Positions 1 through 15,000 of a stretch of 64,000 nucleotides of DNA are shown here, piece after piece. Positions within the stretch are counted from its first letter, which is position 1; every line of letters starts with the position of its first letter. The DNA lies in assembly GCA_964016885.1 (NCBI GenBank), contig OZ024750.1, positions 30,814,001 through 30,878,000 on the forward strand, written 5' to 3'. The position numbers and the translations under genes were made by a program. Below the pieces are notes generated by a model. The model searched no databases. It worked only from the letters and a program-made list of their open reading frames with translations, and had not been told where the DNA came from. The stretch is from Eledone cirrhosa (taxonomy: Eukaryota).

Positions 1-3000
1 GTTTCATCATCCATTGCTTCTGTTATCTCACAGAACACTGTTAAATAAAACAATTACATATTATAAAGTGTCAAAATAAAATGATAATAGTACAAATGTT
101 CTATATATGAAGGATAACATATGTAATAATTATTGCATTAATACTCACACTCAGTAGTTCTTTGGACAGTTGGAACAGCTGTCGAAGTTACAGGTGCTAT
201 TGTTGATGACACTGGTGCTATTGTTGATGACACAGGTTCTAGAATTTAGAAAGAATATCTACTTAGTGAATTGTTTTAGACAATTAAAGCAGATCTTTGC
301 ACCAGAATAATTGTAAAGAAAATAAAATGAAATATCCTAGATTTCATAGTGAATCTAATCTTTTAAATATTTGAAAATTAGAGCGTTCCACATATCCATA
401 AGTATGTATTTGTAAATTAGAGCGTTCCACATATCCATGAATAAATCTATGTATTTATATGTTGATTTGTCTAGATGTATAAAAGGTACACAGCTCAATG
501 TCAGTATTATGTTTTTCTTTCCATAAACATTATTGCTACTAAGAAATGTTTTAAGGGAGATAAGAATAAATGAAGTAAACTAATTGTTTGATTCAATGTG
601 ATATTTATTTTGACTGATGGCTGATAAAAGTTCCAGAAAATTTGGAAGGAAATGTAATAAAGTAAAATAAAATCAATATGAATTAGATTTTTTACGAAGA
701 ATAAGCTGCTGGTAGAAAGCGATATTATGTAGAAACCACAGAAAATAGTGGAGATTCAAATATTTGTATTAATAGTTGAACATGACATTAAGTTTGAAGA
801 ATTATTATTGATACAATATTTATAAACCACATTAATATAATGCCAGTAATAAACGAATGATTTACAATAGGAAAATTATATATGAATGAGACAAATTTAC
901 AAATTTTTAAAGAACTCCCTTCAGATAGATATGTCTTTCAATTAAATATATAGTTTCCATTTATGTGTGATGTAGGAATGAAGCACTTGCCTGATTAATT
1001 ATACATATGAAATATACCAGCTTTTATGTAATTGTTAGATGTTAACTGGGATTGTTTCAAAATGAGTCCTTATAAAAGAACTGTAAATTTTAAAAACAAA
1101 ACTAGAGATCCAAGTTGCAAATTAATGAAGGTTTATTGGAATTACCAAATATACAGCCATACATATATATTGAAAGATTTATCTACATTGATTCATGTGG
1201 AAAGTCATTTAACATAAAACTCACGTTGACTAGTTGTTGGTACACTTGATACAACTGCTGAAGTGGCTGGTGCCAGTGTTGTTGTAAGAGGATCTGAAGT
1301 TTAGGAAAGAAATCACAATAATCAAAATCTATGTGACTTTACAAATCAGTTGTAAATAAAGATGAGTTGCATCAGGATTAATAGAAATAAATAAATAGAT
1401 TGGAATTATCACTTACGTTTACAGATTTTGGCAGACACAGATACGACCATATCTTCTGTGATATCATCAGCTTCAATTACAATCGTCACAGTTTCTTGAC
1501 CATTACCACTTGGAATACCAACTGGTCTATCTGGGGTTGATGTCTGTAGAATGGATTTACATTTTTTATTAATGATAAGATTAAAATAAACAGTGATCGT
1601 CAAAAAATATAGACAATGTCGAAATTCCATTAATGAATGAAATAGAACACTGTCTGAATTATATGTCCTTATATTCTGTAAATTCTAGAATATCATTATA
1701 TGAATTGAAATATTAATATAAAGGAAGATACATATGAAATAAGTAGAAAGAAATATGAAACTTGAATGAAAAAATCACCATCAGATTACCTTGATTGTGT
1801 ATTCTGTTGAAGGATTTGATAACAAAACAGTATATGATTTCACATTTTCATGGTCAACAAGGCTTATTGTTCCACCGGCATTAAGCGTGGGACCAATTTG
1901 TAATGTGACAGTTCTTTTAGATTTAGCATTAGTTTTCCAGCCAACATTTGGTCTCACATCACTAGGTGATCCGACATTAGGACTTAAGGTGATTGCTGTA
2001 TCAGGGATGAAAGTTTCATCATCCATTGCTTCTGTTATCTCACAGAACACTGTTAAATAAAACAATTACATATTATAAAGTGTCAAAATAAAATGATAAT
2101 AGTACAAATGTTCTATATATGAAGGATAACATATGTAATAATTATTGCATTAATACTCACACTCAGTAGTTCTTTGGACAGTTGGAACAGCTGTCGAAGT
2201 TACAGGTGCTATTGTTGATGACACAGGTGCTATTGTTGATGACACAGGTGCTATTGTTGATGACACTGGTGCTATTGTTGATGACACAGGTGCTATTGTT
2301 GATGACACAGGTGCTATTGTTGATGACACAGGTTCTAGAATTTAGAAAGAATATCTACTTAGAGAATTGTTTTAGACAATTAAAGCAGATCTTTGCACCA
2401 GAATAATTGTAAAGAAAATAAAATGAAATATCCTAGATTTCATAGTGAATCTAATCTTTTAAATATTTGAAAATTAGAGCGTTCCACATATCCATAAGTA
2501 TATATTTGTAAAATAGAGCGTTCCACATATCCATGAATAAATCTATGTATTTATATGTTGATTTGTCTAGATGTATAAAAGGTACACAGCTCAATGTCAG
2601 TATTATGTTTTTCTTTCCATAAACATTATTGCTACTAAGAAATGTTTTAAGGGAGATAAGAATAAATGAAGTAAACTAATTGTTTGATTCAATGTGATAT
2701 TTATTTTGACTGATGGCTGATAAAAGTTCCAGAAAATTTGGAAGGAAATGTAATAAAGTAAAATCAAATCAATATGAATTAGATTTTTTACGAAGAATAA
2801 GCTGCTGGTAGAAAGCGATATTATGTAGAAACCACAGAAAATAGTGGAGATTCAAATATTTGTATTAATAGTTGAACATGACATTAAGTTTGAAGAATTA
2901 TTATTGATACAATATTTATAAACCACATTAATATAATGCCAGTAATAAACGAATGAATTACAATAGGAAAATTATATATGAAAGACAAATTTACAAATTT

Positions 3001-6000
3001 TTAAAGAACTCCCTTCAGATAGATATGTCTTTCAATTAAATATATAGTTTCCATTTATGTGTGATGTAGGAATGAAGCACTTGCCTGATTAATTATACAT
3101 ATGAAATATACCAGCTTTTATGTAATTGTTAGATGTTAACTGGGATTGTTTCAAAATGAGTCCTTATAAAAGAACTGTAAATTTTAAAAACAAAACTAGA
3201 GATCCAAGTTGCAAATTAATGAAGGTTTATTGGAATTACCAAATATACAGCCATACATATATATTGAAAGATTTATCTACATTGATTCATGAGGAAAGTC
3301 ATTTAACATAAAACTCACGTTGACTAGTTGTTGGTACACTTGATACAACTGCTGAAGTGGCTGGTGCCAGTGTTGTTGTAAGAGGATCTGAAGTTTAGGA
3401 AAGAAATCACAATAATCAAAATCTATGTGACTTTACAAATCAGTTGTAAATAAAGATGAGTTGCATCAGGATTAATAGAAATAAATAAATAGTTTGGAAT
3501 TATCACTTACGTTTACAGATTTTGGCAGACACAGATACGACCATATCTTCTGTGATATCATCAGCTTCAATTACAATTGTCACAGTTTCTTGACCATTAC
3601 CACTTGGAATACCAACTGGTCTATCTGGAGTTGATGTCTGTAGAATGGATTTACATTTTTTACTAATGATAAGATTAAAATAAACAGTGATCGTCAAAAA
3701 ATATAGACAATGTCGAAATTCCATTAATGAATGAAATAGAACACTGTCTGAATTATATGTCCTTATATTCTGTAAATTCTAGAATATCATTATATGAATT
3801 GAAATATTAATATAAAGGAAGATACATATGAAATAAGTAGAAAGAAATATGAAACTTGAATGAAAAAATCACCATCAGATTACCTTGATTGTGTATTCTG
3901 TTGAAGGATTTGATAACAAAACAGTATATGATTTCACATTTTCATGGTCAACAAGGCTTATTGTTCCACCGGCATTAAGCGTGGGACCAATTTGTAATGT
4001 GACAGTTCTTTTAGATTTAGCATTAGTTTTCCAGCCAACATTTGGTCTCACATCACTAGGTGATCCGACATTAGGACTTAAGGTGATTGCTGTATCAGGG
4101 ATGAAAGTTTCATCATCCATTGCTTCTGTTATCTCACAGAACACTGTTAAATAAAACAATTACATATTATAAAGTGTCAAAATAAAATGATAATAGTACA
4201 AATGTTCTATATATGAAGGATAACATATGTAATAATTATTGCATTAATACTCACACTCAGTAGTTCTTTGGACAGTTGAAACAGCTGTCGAAGTTACAGG
4301 TGCTATTGTTGATGACACAGGTGCTATTGTTGATGACACTGGTGCTATTGTTGATGACACAGGTGCTATTGTTGATGACACAGGTTCTAGAATTTAGAAA
4401 GAATATCTACTTAGTGAATTGTTTTAGACAATTAAAGCAGATCTTTGCACCAGAATAATTGTAAAGAAAATAAAATGAAATATCCTAGATTTCATAGTGA
4501 ATCTAATCTTTTAAATATTTGAAAATTAGAGCGTTCCACATATCCATAAGTATGTATTTGTAAATTAGAGCGTTCCACATATCCATGAATAAATCTATGT
4601 ATTTATATGTTGATTTGTCTAGATGTATAAAAGGTACACAGCTCAATGTCAGTATTATGTTTTTCTTTACATAAACATTATTGCTACTAAGAAATGTTTT
4701 AAGGGAGATAAGAATAAATGAAGTAAACTAATTGTTTGATTCAATGTGATATTTATTTTGACTGATGGCTGATAAAAGTTCCAGAAAATTTGGAAGGAAA
4801 TGTAATAAAGTAAAATCAAATCAATATGAATTAGATTTTTTACGAAGAATAAGCTGCTGGTAGAAAGCGATATCATGTAGAAACCACAGAAAATAGTGGA
4901 GATTCAAATATTTGTATTAATAGTTGAACATGACATTAAGTTTGAAGAATTATTATTGGTACAATATTTATAAACCACATTAATATAATGCCAGTAATAA
5001 ACGTATGAATTACAATAGGAAAATTATATATGAATGAGACAAATTTACAAATTTTTAAAGAACTCCCTTCAGATAGATATATCTTTCAATTAAATATATA
5101 GTTTCCATTTATGTGTGATGTAGGAATGAAGCACTTGCCTGATTAATTATACATATGAAATATACCAGCTTTTATGTAATTGTTAGATGTTAACTGGGAT
5201 TGTTTCAAAATGAGTCCTTATAAAAAAACTGTAAATTTTAAAAACAAAACTAGATATCCAATTTGCAAATTAATGAAGGTTTATTGGAATTACCAAATAT
5301 ACAGCCATACATATATATTGAAAGATTTATCTACATTGATTCATGAGGAAAGTAATTTAACATAAAACTCACGTTGACTAGTTGTTGGTACACTTGATAC
5401 AACTGCTGAAGTGGCTGGTGCCAGTGTTGTTGTAAGAGGATCTGAAGTTTAGGAAAGAAATCACAACAATCAAAATCTATGTGACTTTACAAATCAGTTG
5501 TAAATAAAGATGAGTTGCATCAGGATTAATAGAAATAAATAAATAGATTGGAATTATCACTTACGTTTACAGATTTTGGCAGACACAGATACGACCAAAT
5601 CTTCTGTGATATCATCAGCTTCAATTACAATCGTCACAGTTTCTTGACCATTACCACTTGGAATACCAACTGGTCTATCTGGGGTTGATGTCTGTAGAAT
5701 GGATTTACATTTTTTATTAATGATAAGATTAAAATAAACAGTGATCGTCAAAAAATATAGACACTGTCGAAATTCCATTAATGAATGAAATAGAACACTG
5801 TCTGAATTATATGTCCTTATATTCTGTAAATTCTAGAATATCATTATATGAATTGAAATATTAATATAAAGGAAGATACATATGAAATAAGTAGAAAGAA
5901 ATATGAAACTTGAATGAAAAAATCACCATCAGATTACCTTGATTGTGTATTCTGTTGAAGGATTTGATAACAAAACAGTATATGATTTCACATTTTCATG

Positions 6001-9000
6001 GTCAACAAGGCTTATTGTTCCACCGGCATTCAGCGTGGGACCAATTTGTAATGTGACAGTTCTTTTAGATTTAGCATTAGTTTTCCAGCCAACATTTGGT
6101 CTCACATCACTAGGTGATCCGACATTAGGACTTAAGGTGATTACTGTATCAGGGATGAAAGTTTCATCATCCATTGCTTCTGTTATCTCACAGAACACTG
6201 TTAAATAAAACAATTACATATTATAAAGTGTCAAAATAAAATGATAATAGTACAAATGTTCTATATATGAAGGATAACATATGTAATAATTATTGCATTA
6301 ATACTCACACTCAGTAGTTCTTTGGACAGTTGGAACAGCTGTCGAAGTTACAGGTGCTATTGTTGATGACACAGGTGCTATTGTTGATGACACAGGTTCT
6401 AGAATTTAGAAAGAATATCTACTTAGTGAATTGTTTTAGACAATTAAAGCAGATCTTTGCACCAGAATAATTGTAAAGAAAATAAAATGAAATATCCTAG
6501 ATTTCATAGTGAATCTAATCTTTTAAATATTTGAAAATTAGAGCGTTCCACATATCCATAAGTATGTATTTGTAAATTAGAGCGTTCCACATATCCATGA
6601 ATAAATCTATGTATTTATATGTTGATTTGTCTAGATGTATAAAAGGTACACAGCTCAATGTCAGTATTATGTTTTTCTTTACATAAACATTATTGCTACT
6701 AAGAAATGTTTTAAGGGAGATAAGAATAAATGAAGTAAACTAATTGTTTGATTCAATGTGATATTTATTTTGACTGATGGCTGATAAAACTTCCAGAAAA
6801 TTTGGAAGGAAATGTAATAAAGTAAAATCAAATCAATATGAATTAGATTTTTTACGAAGAATAAGCTGCTGGTAGAAAGCGATATCATGTAGAAACCACA
6901 GAAAATAGTGGAGATTCAAATATTTGTATTAATAGTTGAACATGACATTAAGTTTGAAGAATTATTATTGATACAATATTTATAAACCACATTAATATAA
7001 TGCCAGTAATAAACGAATGAATTACAATAGGAAAATTATATATGAATGAGACAAATTTACAAATTTTTAAAGAACTCCCTTCAGATAGATATGTCTTTCA
7101 ATTAAATATATAGTTTCCATTTATGTGTGATGTAGGAATGAAGCACTTGCCTGATTCATTATACATATGAAATATACCAGCTTTTATGTAATTGTTAGAT
7201 GTTAACTGGGATTGTTTCAAAATGAGTCCTTATAAAAGAAGTGTAAATTTTAAAAACAAAACTAGAGATCCAAGTTGCAAATTAATGAAGGTTTATTGGA
7301 ATTACCAAATATACAGCCATACATATATATTGAAAGATTTATCTACATTGATTCATGAGGAAAGTCATTTAACATAAAACTCACGTTGACTAGTTGTTGG
7401 TACACTTGATACAACTGCTGAAGTGGCTGGTGCCAGTGTTGTTGTAAGAGGATCTGAAGTTTAGGAAAGGAATCACAATAATCAAAATCTATGTGACTTT
7501 ACAAATCAGTTGTAAATAAAGATGAGTTGCATCAGGATTAATAGAAATAAATAAATAGATTGGAATTATCACTTACGTTTACAGATTTTGGCAGACACAG
7601 ATACGACCATATCTTCTGTGATATCATCAGCTTCAATTACAATCGTCACAGTTTCTTGACCATTACCACTTGGAATACCAACTGGTCTATCTGGGGTTGA
7701 TGTCTGTAGAATGGATTTACATTTTTTATTAATGATAAGATTAAAATAAACAGTGATCGTCAAAAAATATAGACAATGTCGAAATTCCATTAATGAATGA
7801 AATAGAACACTGTCTGAATTATATGTCCTTATATTCTGTAAATTCTAGAATATCATTATATGAATTGAAATATTAATATAAAGGAAGATACATATGAAAT
7901 AAGTAGAAAGAAATATGAAACTTGAATGAAAAAATCACCATCAGATTACCTTGATTGTGTATTCTGTTGAAGGATTTGATAACAAAACAGTATATGATTT
8001 CACATTTTCATGGTCAACAAGGCTTATTGTTCCACCGGCATTAAGCGTGGGACCAATTTGTAATGTGACAGTTCTTTTAGATTTAGCATTAGTTTTCCAG
8101 CCAACATTTGGTCTCACATCACTAGGTGATCCGACATTAGGACTTAAGGTGATTGCTGTATCAGGGATGAAAGTTTCATCATCCATTGCTTCTGTTATCT
8201 CACAGAACACTGTTAATTAAAACAATTACATATTATAAAGTGTCAAAATAAAATGATAATAGTACAAATGTTCTATATATGAAGGATAACATATGTAATA
8301 ATTATTGCATTAATACTCACACTCAGTAGTTCTTTGGACAGTTGGAACAGCTGTCGAAGTTACAGGTGCTATTGTTGATGACACTGGTGCTATTGTTGAT
8401 GACACAGGTTCTAGAATTTAGAAAGAATATCTACTTAGTGAATTGTTTTAGACAATTAAAGCAGATCTTTGCACCAGAATAATTGTAAAGAAAATAAAAT
8501 GAAATATCCTAGATTTCATAGTGAATCTAATCTTTTAAATATTTGAAAATTAGAGCGTTCCACATATCCATAAGTATGTATTTGTAAATTAGAGCGTTCC
8601 ACATATCCATGAATAAATCTATGTATTTATATGTTGATTTGTCTAGATGTATAAAAGGTACACAGCTCAATGTCAGTATTATGTTTTTCTTTCCATAAAC
8701 ATTATTGCTACTAAGAAATGTTTTAAGGGAGATAAGAATAAATGAAGTAAACTAATTGTTTGATTCAATGTGATATTTATTTTGACTGATGGCTGATAAA
8801 AGTTCCAGAAAATTTGGAAGGAAATGTAATAAAGTAAAATAAAATCAATATGAATTAGATTTTTTACGAAGAATAAGCTGCTGGTAGAAAGCGATATTAT
8901 GTAGAAACCACAGAAAATAGTGGAGATTCAAATATTTGTATTAATAGTTGAACATGACATTAAGTTTGAAGAATTATTATTGATACAATATTTATAAACC

Positions 9001-12000
9001 ACATTAATATAATGCCAGTAATAAACGAATGAATTACAATAGGAAAATTATATATGAATGAGACAAATTTACAAATTTTTAAAGAACTCCCTTCAGATAG
9101 ATATGTCTTTCAATTAAATATATAGTTTCCATTTATGTGTGATGTAGGAATGAAGCACTTGCCTGATTAATTATACATATGAAATATACCAGCTTTTATG
9201 TAATTGTTAGATGTTAACTGGGATTGTTTCAAAATGAGTCCTTATAAAAGAACTGTAAATTTTAAAAACAAAACTAGAGATCCAAGTTGCAAATTAATGA
9301 AGGTTTATTGGAATTACCAAATATACAGCCATACATATATATTGAAAGATTTATCTACATTGATTCATGAGGAAAGTCATTTAACATAAAACTCACGTTG
9401 ACTAGTTGTTGGTACACTTGATACAACTGCTGAAGTGGCTGGTGCCAGTGTTGTTGTAAGAGGATCTGAAGTTTAGGAAAGAAATCACAATAATCAAAAT
9501 CTATGTGACTTTACAAATCAGTTGTAAATAAAGATGAGTTGCATCAGGATTAATAGAAATAAATAAATAGATTGGAATTATCACTTACGTTTACAGATTT
9601 TGGCAGACACAGATACGACCATATCTTCTGTGATATCATCAGCTTCAATTACAATCGTCACAGTTTCTTGACCATTACCACTTGGAATACCAACTGGTCT
9701 ATCTGGGGTTGATGTCTGTAGAATGGATTTACATTTTTTATTAATGATAAGATTAAAATAAACAGTGATCGTCAAAAAATATAGACAATGTCGAAATTCC
9801 ATTAATGAATGAAATAGAACACTGTCTGAATTATATGTCCTTATATTCTGTAAATTCTAGAATATCATTATATGAATTGAAATATTAATATAAAGGAAGA
9901 TACATATGAAATAAGTAGAAAGAAATATGAAACTTGAATGAAAAAATCACCATCAGATTACCTTGATTGTGTATTCTGTTGAAGGATTTGATAACAAAAC
10001 AGTATATGATTTCACATTTTCATGGTCAACAAGGCTTATTGTTCCACCGGCATTAAGCGTGGGACCAATTTGTAATGTGACAGTTCTTTTAGATTTAGCA
10101 TTAGTTTTCCAGCCAACATTTGGTCTCACATCACTAGGTGATCCGACATTAGGACTTAAGGTGATTGCTGTATCAGGGATGAAAGTTTCATCATCCATTG
10201 CTTCTGTTATCTCACAGAACACTGTTAAATAAAACAATTACATATTATAAAGTGTCAAAATAAAATGATAATAGTACAAATGTTCTATATATGAAGGATA
10301 ACATATGTAATAATTATTGCATTAATACTCACACTCAGTAGTTCTTTGGACAGTTGGAACAGCTGTCGAAGTTACAGGTGCTATTGTTGATGACACAGGT
10401 GCTATTGTTGATGACACTGGTGCTATTGTTGATGACACAGGTGCTATTGTTGATGACACAGGTTCTAGAATTTAGAAAGAATATCTACTTAGTGAATTGT
10501 TTTAGACAATTAAAGCAGATCTTTGCACCAGAATAATTGTAAAGAAAATAAAATGAAATATCCTAGATTTCATAGTGAATCTAATCTTTTAAATATTTGA
10601 AAATTAGAGCGTTCCACATATCCATAAGTATGTATTTGTAAATTAGAGCGTTCCACATATCCATGAATAAATCTATGTATTTATATGTTGATTTGTCTAG
10701 ATGTATAAAAGGTACACAGCTCAATGTCAGTATTATGTTTTTCTTTACATAAACATTATTGCTACTAAGAAATGTTTTAAGGGAGATAAGAATAAATGAA
10801 GTAAACTAATTGTTTGATTCAATGTGATATTTATTTTGACTGATGGCTGATAAAAGTTCCAGAAAATTTGGAAGGAAATGTAATAAAGTAAAATCAAATC
10901 AATATGAATTAGATTTTTTACGAAGAATAAGCTGCTGGTAGAAAGCGATATTATGTAGAAACCACAGAAAATAGTGGAGATTCAAATATTTGTATTAATA
11001 GTTGAACATGACATTAAGTTTGAAGAATTATTATTGATACAATATTTATAAACCACATTAATATAATGCCAGTAATAAACGAATGAATTACAATAGGAAA
11101 ATTATATATGAAAGACAAATTTACAAATTTTTAAAGAACTCCCTTCAGATAGATATGTCTTTCAATTAAATATATAGTTTCCATTTATGTGTGATGTAGG
11201 AATGAAGCACTTGCCTGATTAATTATACATATGAAATATACCAGCTTTTATGTAATTGTTAGATGTTAACTGGGATTGTTTCAAAATGAGTCCTTATAAA
11301 AGAACTGTAAATTTTAAAAACAAAACTAGAGATCCAAGTTGCAAATTAATGAAGGTTTATTGGAATTACCAAATATACAGCCATACATATATATTGAAAG
11401 ATTTATCTACATTGATTCATGAGGAAAGTCATTTAACATAAAACTCACGTTGACTAGTTGTTGGTACACTTGATACAACTGCTGAAGTGGCTGGTGCCAG
11501 TGTTGTTGTAAGAGGATCTGAAGTTTAGGAAAGAAATCACAATAATCAAAATCTATGTGACTTTACAAATCAGTTGTAAATAAAGATGAGTTGCATCAGG
11601 ATTAATAGAAATAAATAAATAGTTTGGAATTATCACTTACGTTTACAGATTTTGGCAGACACAGATACGACCATATCTTCTGTGATATCATCAGCTTCAA
11701 TTACAATTGTCACAGTTTCTTGACCATTACCACTTGGAATACCAACTGGTCTATCTGGAGTTGATGTCTGTAGAATGGATTTACATTTTTTACTAATGAT
11801 AAGATTAAAATAAACAGTGATCGTCAAAAAATATAGACAATGTCGAAATTCCATTAATGAATGAAATAGAACACTGTCTGAATTATATGTCCTTATATTC
11901 TGTAAATTCTAGAATATCATTATATGAATTGAAATATTAATATAAAGGAAGATACATATGAAATAAGTAGAAAGAAATATGAAACTTGAATGAAAAAATC

Positions 12001-15000
12001 ACCATCAGATTACCTTGATTGTGTATTCTGTTGAAGGATTTGATAACAAAACAGTATATGATTTCACATTTTCATGGTCAACAAGGCTTATTGTTCCACC
12101 GGCATTAAGCGTGGGACCAATTTGTAATGTGACAGTTCTTTTAGATTTAGCATTAGTTTTCCAGCCAACATTTGGTCTCACATCACTAGGTGATCCGACA
12201 TTAGGACTTAAGGTGATTGCTGTATCAGGGATGAAAGTTTCATCATCCATTGCTTCTGTTATCTCACAGAACACTGTTAAATAAAACAATTACATATTAT
12301 AAAGTGTCAAAATAAAATGATAATAGTACAAATGTTCTATATATGAAGGATAACATATGTAATAATTATTGCATTAATACTCACACTCAGTAGTTCTTTG
12401 GACAGTTGGAACAGCTGTCGAAGTTACAGGTGCTTTTGTTGATGACACAGGTGCTATTGTTGATGACACAGGTTCTAGAATTTAGAAAGAATATCTACTT
12501 AGTGAATTGTTTTAGACAATTAAAGCAGATCTTTGCACCAGAATAATTGTAAAGAAAATAAAATGAAATATCCTAGATTTCATAGTGAATCTAATCTTTT
12601 AAATATTTGAAAATTAGAGCGTTCCACATATCCATAAGTATGTATTTGTAAATTAGAGCGTTCCACATATCCATGAATAAATCTATGTATTTATATGTTG
12701 ATTTGTCTAGATGTATAAAAGGTACACAGCTCAATGTCAGTATTATGTTTTTCTTTACATAAACATTATTGCTACTAAGAAATGTTTTAAGGGAGATAAG
12801 AATAAATGAAGTAAACTAATTGTTTGATTCAATGTGATATTTATTTTGACTGATGGCTGATAAAAGTTCCAGAAAATTTGGAAGGAAATGTAATAAAGTA
12901 AAATCAAATCAATATGAATTAGATTTTTTACGAAGAATAAGCTGCTGGTAGAAAGCGATATCATGTAGAAACCACAGAAAATAGTGGAGATTCAAATATT
13001 TGTATTAATAGTTGAACATGACATTAAGTTTGAAGAATTATTATTGATACAATATTTATAAACCACATTAATATAATGCCAGTAATAAACGTATGAATTA
13101 CAATAGGAAAATTATATATGAATGAGACAAATTTACAAATTTTTAAAGAACTCCCTTCAGATAGATATGTCTTTCAATTAAATATATAGTTTCCATTTAT
13201 GTGTGATGTAGGAATGAAGCACTTGCCTGATTAATTATACATATGAAATATACCAGCTTTTATGTAATTGTTAGATGTTAACTGGGATTGTTTCAAAATG
13301 AGTCCTTATAAAAAAACTGTAAATTTTAAAAACAAAACTAGAGATCCAATTTGCAAATTAATGAAGGTTTATTGGAATTACCAAATATACAGCCATACAT
13401 ATATATTGAAAGATTTATCTACATTGATTCATGAGGAAAGTCATTTAACATAAAACTCACGTTGACTAGTTGTTGGTACACTTGATACAACTGCTGAAGT
13501 GGCTGGTGCCAGTGTTGTTGTAAGAGGATCTGAAGTTTAGGAAAGAAATCACAACAATCAAAATCTATGTGACTTTACAAATCAGTTGTAAATAAAGATG
13601 AGTTGCATCAGGATTAATAGAAATAAATAAATAGATTGGAATTATCACTTACGTTTACAGATTTTGGCAGACACAGATACGACCATATCTTCTGTGATAT
13701 CATCAGCTTCAATTACAATCGTCACAGTTTCTTGACCATTACCACTTGGAATACCAACTGGTCTATCTGGGGTTGATGTCTGTAGAATGGATTTACATTT
13801 TTTATTAATGATAAGATTAAAATAAACAGTGATCGTCAAAAAATATAGACACTGTCGAAATTCCATTAATGAATGAAATAGAACACTGTCCGAATTATAT
13901 GTCCTTATATTCTGTAAATTCTAGAATATCATTATATGAATTGAAATATTAATATAAAGGAAGATACATATGAAATAAGTAGAAAGAAATATGAAACTTG
14001 AATGAAAAAATCACCATCAGATTACCTTGATTGTGTATTCTGTTGAAGGATTTGATAACAAAACAGTATATGATTTCACATTTTCATGGTCAACAAGGCT
14101 TATTGTTCCACCGGCATTAAGCGTGGGACCAATTTGTAATGTGACAGTTCTTTTAGATTTAGCATTAGTTTTCCAGCCAACATTTGGTCTCACATCACTA
14201 GGTGATCCGACATTAGGACTTAAGGTGATTGCTGTATCAGGGATGAAAGTTTCATCATCCATTGCTTCTGTTATCTCACAGAACACTGTTAAATAAAACA
14301 ATTACATATTATAAAGTGTCAAAATAAAATGATAATAGTACAAATGTTCTATATATGAAGGATAACATATGTAATAATTATTGCATTAATACTCACACTC
14401 AGTAGTTCTTTGGACAGTTGGAACAGCTGTCGAAGTTACAGGTGCTATTGTTGATGACACAGGTGCTATTGTTGATGACACAGGTTCTAGAATTTAGAAA
14501 GAATATCTACTTAGTGAATTGTTTTAGACAATTAAAGCAGATCTTTGCACCAGAATAATTGTAAAGAAAATAAAATGAAATATCCTAGATTTCATAGTGA
14601 ATCTAATCTTTTAAATATTTGAAAATTAGAGCGTTCCACATATCCATAAGTATGTATTTGTAAATTAGAGCGTTCCACATATCCATGAATAAATCTATGT
14701 ATTTATATGTTGATTTGTCTAGATGTATAAAAGGTACACAGCTCAATGTCAGTATTATGTTTTTCTTTCCATAAACATTATTGCTACTAAGAAATGTTTT
14801 AAGGGAGATAAGAATAAATGAAGTAAACTAATTGTTTGATTCAATGTGATATTTATTTTGACTGATGGCTGATAAAAGTTCCAGAAAATTTGGAAGGAAA
14901 TGTAATAAAGTAAAATAAAATCAATATGAATTAGATTTTTTACGAAGAATAAGCTGCTGGTAGAAAGCGATATTATGTAGAAACCACAGAAAATAGTGGA

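Noticed and set aside
695-760. Slightly GC-richer patch in the long intron that could be a fifth or decayed PTS exon
   Set aside because: No convincing acceptor/donor pair was found, one frame has a stop, and the four-exon model already closes in frame without it.
1032-1217. 61-aa plus-strand ORF repeated in every unit
   Set aside because: It has a non-ATG start (ttg), AT-rich composition and lies in the D-A intron on the opposite strand. It recurs only because the unit is repeated.
1791-2060. 89-aa plus-strand ORF
   Set aside because: Antisense shadow of exon B. The splice signals and phase logic support the minus strand.
1409-2065. 73-aa and 94-aa ORFs as stand-alone small genes in a tandem gene cluster
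   Set aside because: Both end 2-3 codons after a canonical donor. Their N-terminal extensions are broken by indels or stops in some units while the exon cores stay intact.
2205-2334. CRISPR-like short repeat array
   Set aside because: The 21-bp repeats are head-to-tail without unique spacers, there are no cas genes, and the context is a spliceosomal-intron gene.
2182-2406. (LLLMTQV)n plus-strand ORF
   Set aside because: Antisense reading of the 21-bp PVSSTIA repeat in exon A.
4667-4876. 69-aa hydrophobic minus-strand ORF
   Set aside because: Intronic. Its ATG is present only in some units (atcat/attat SNP) and its composition is that of AT-rich non-coding DNA.
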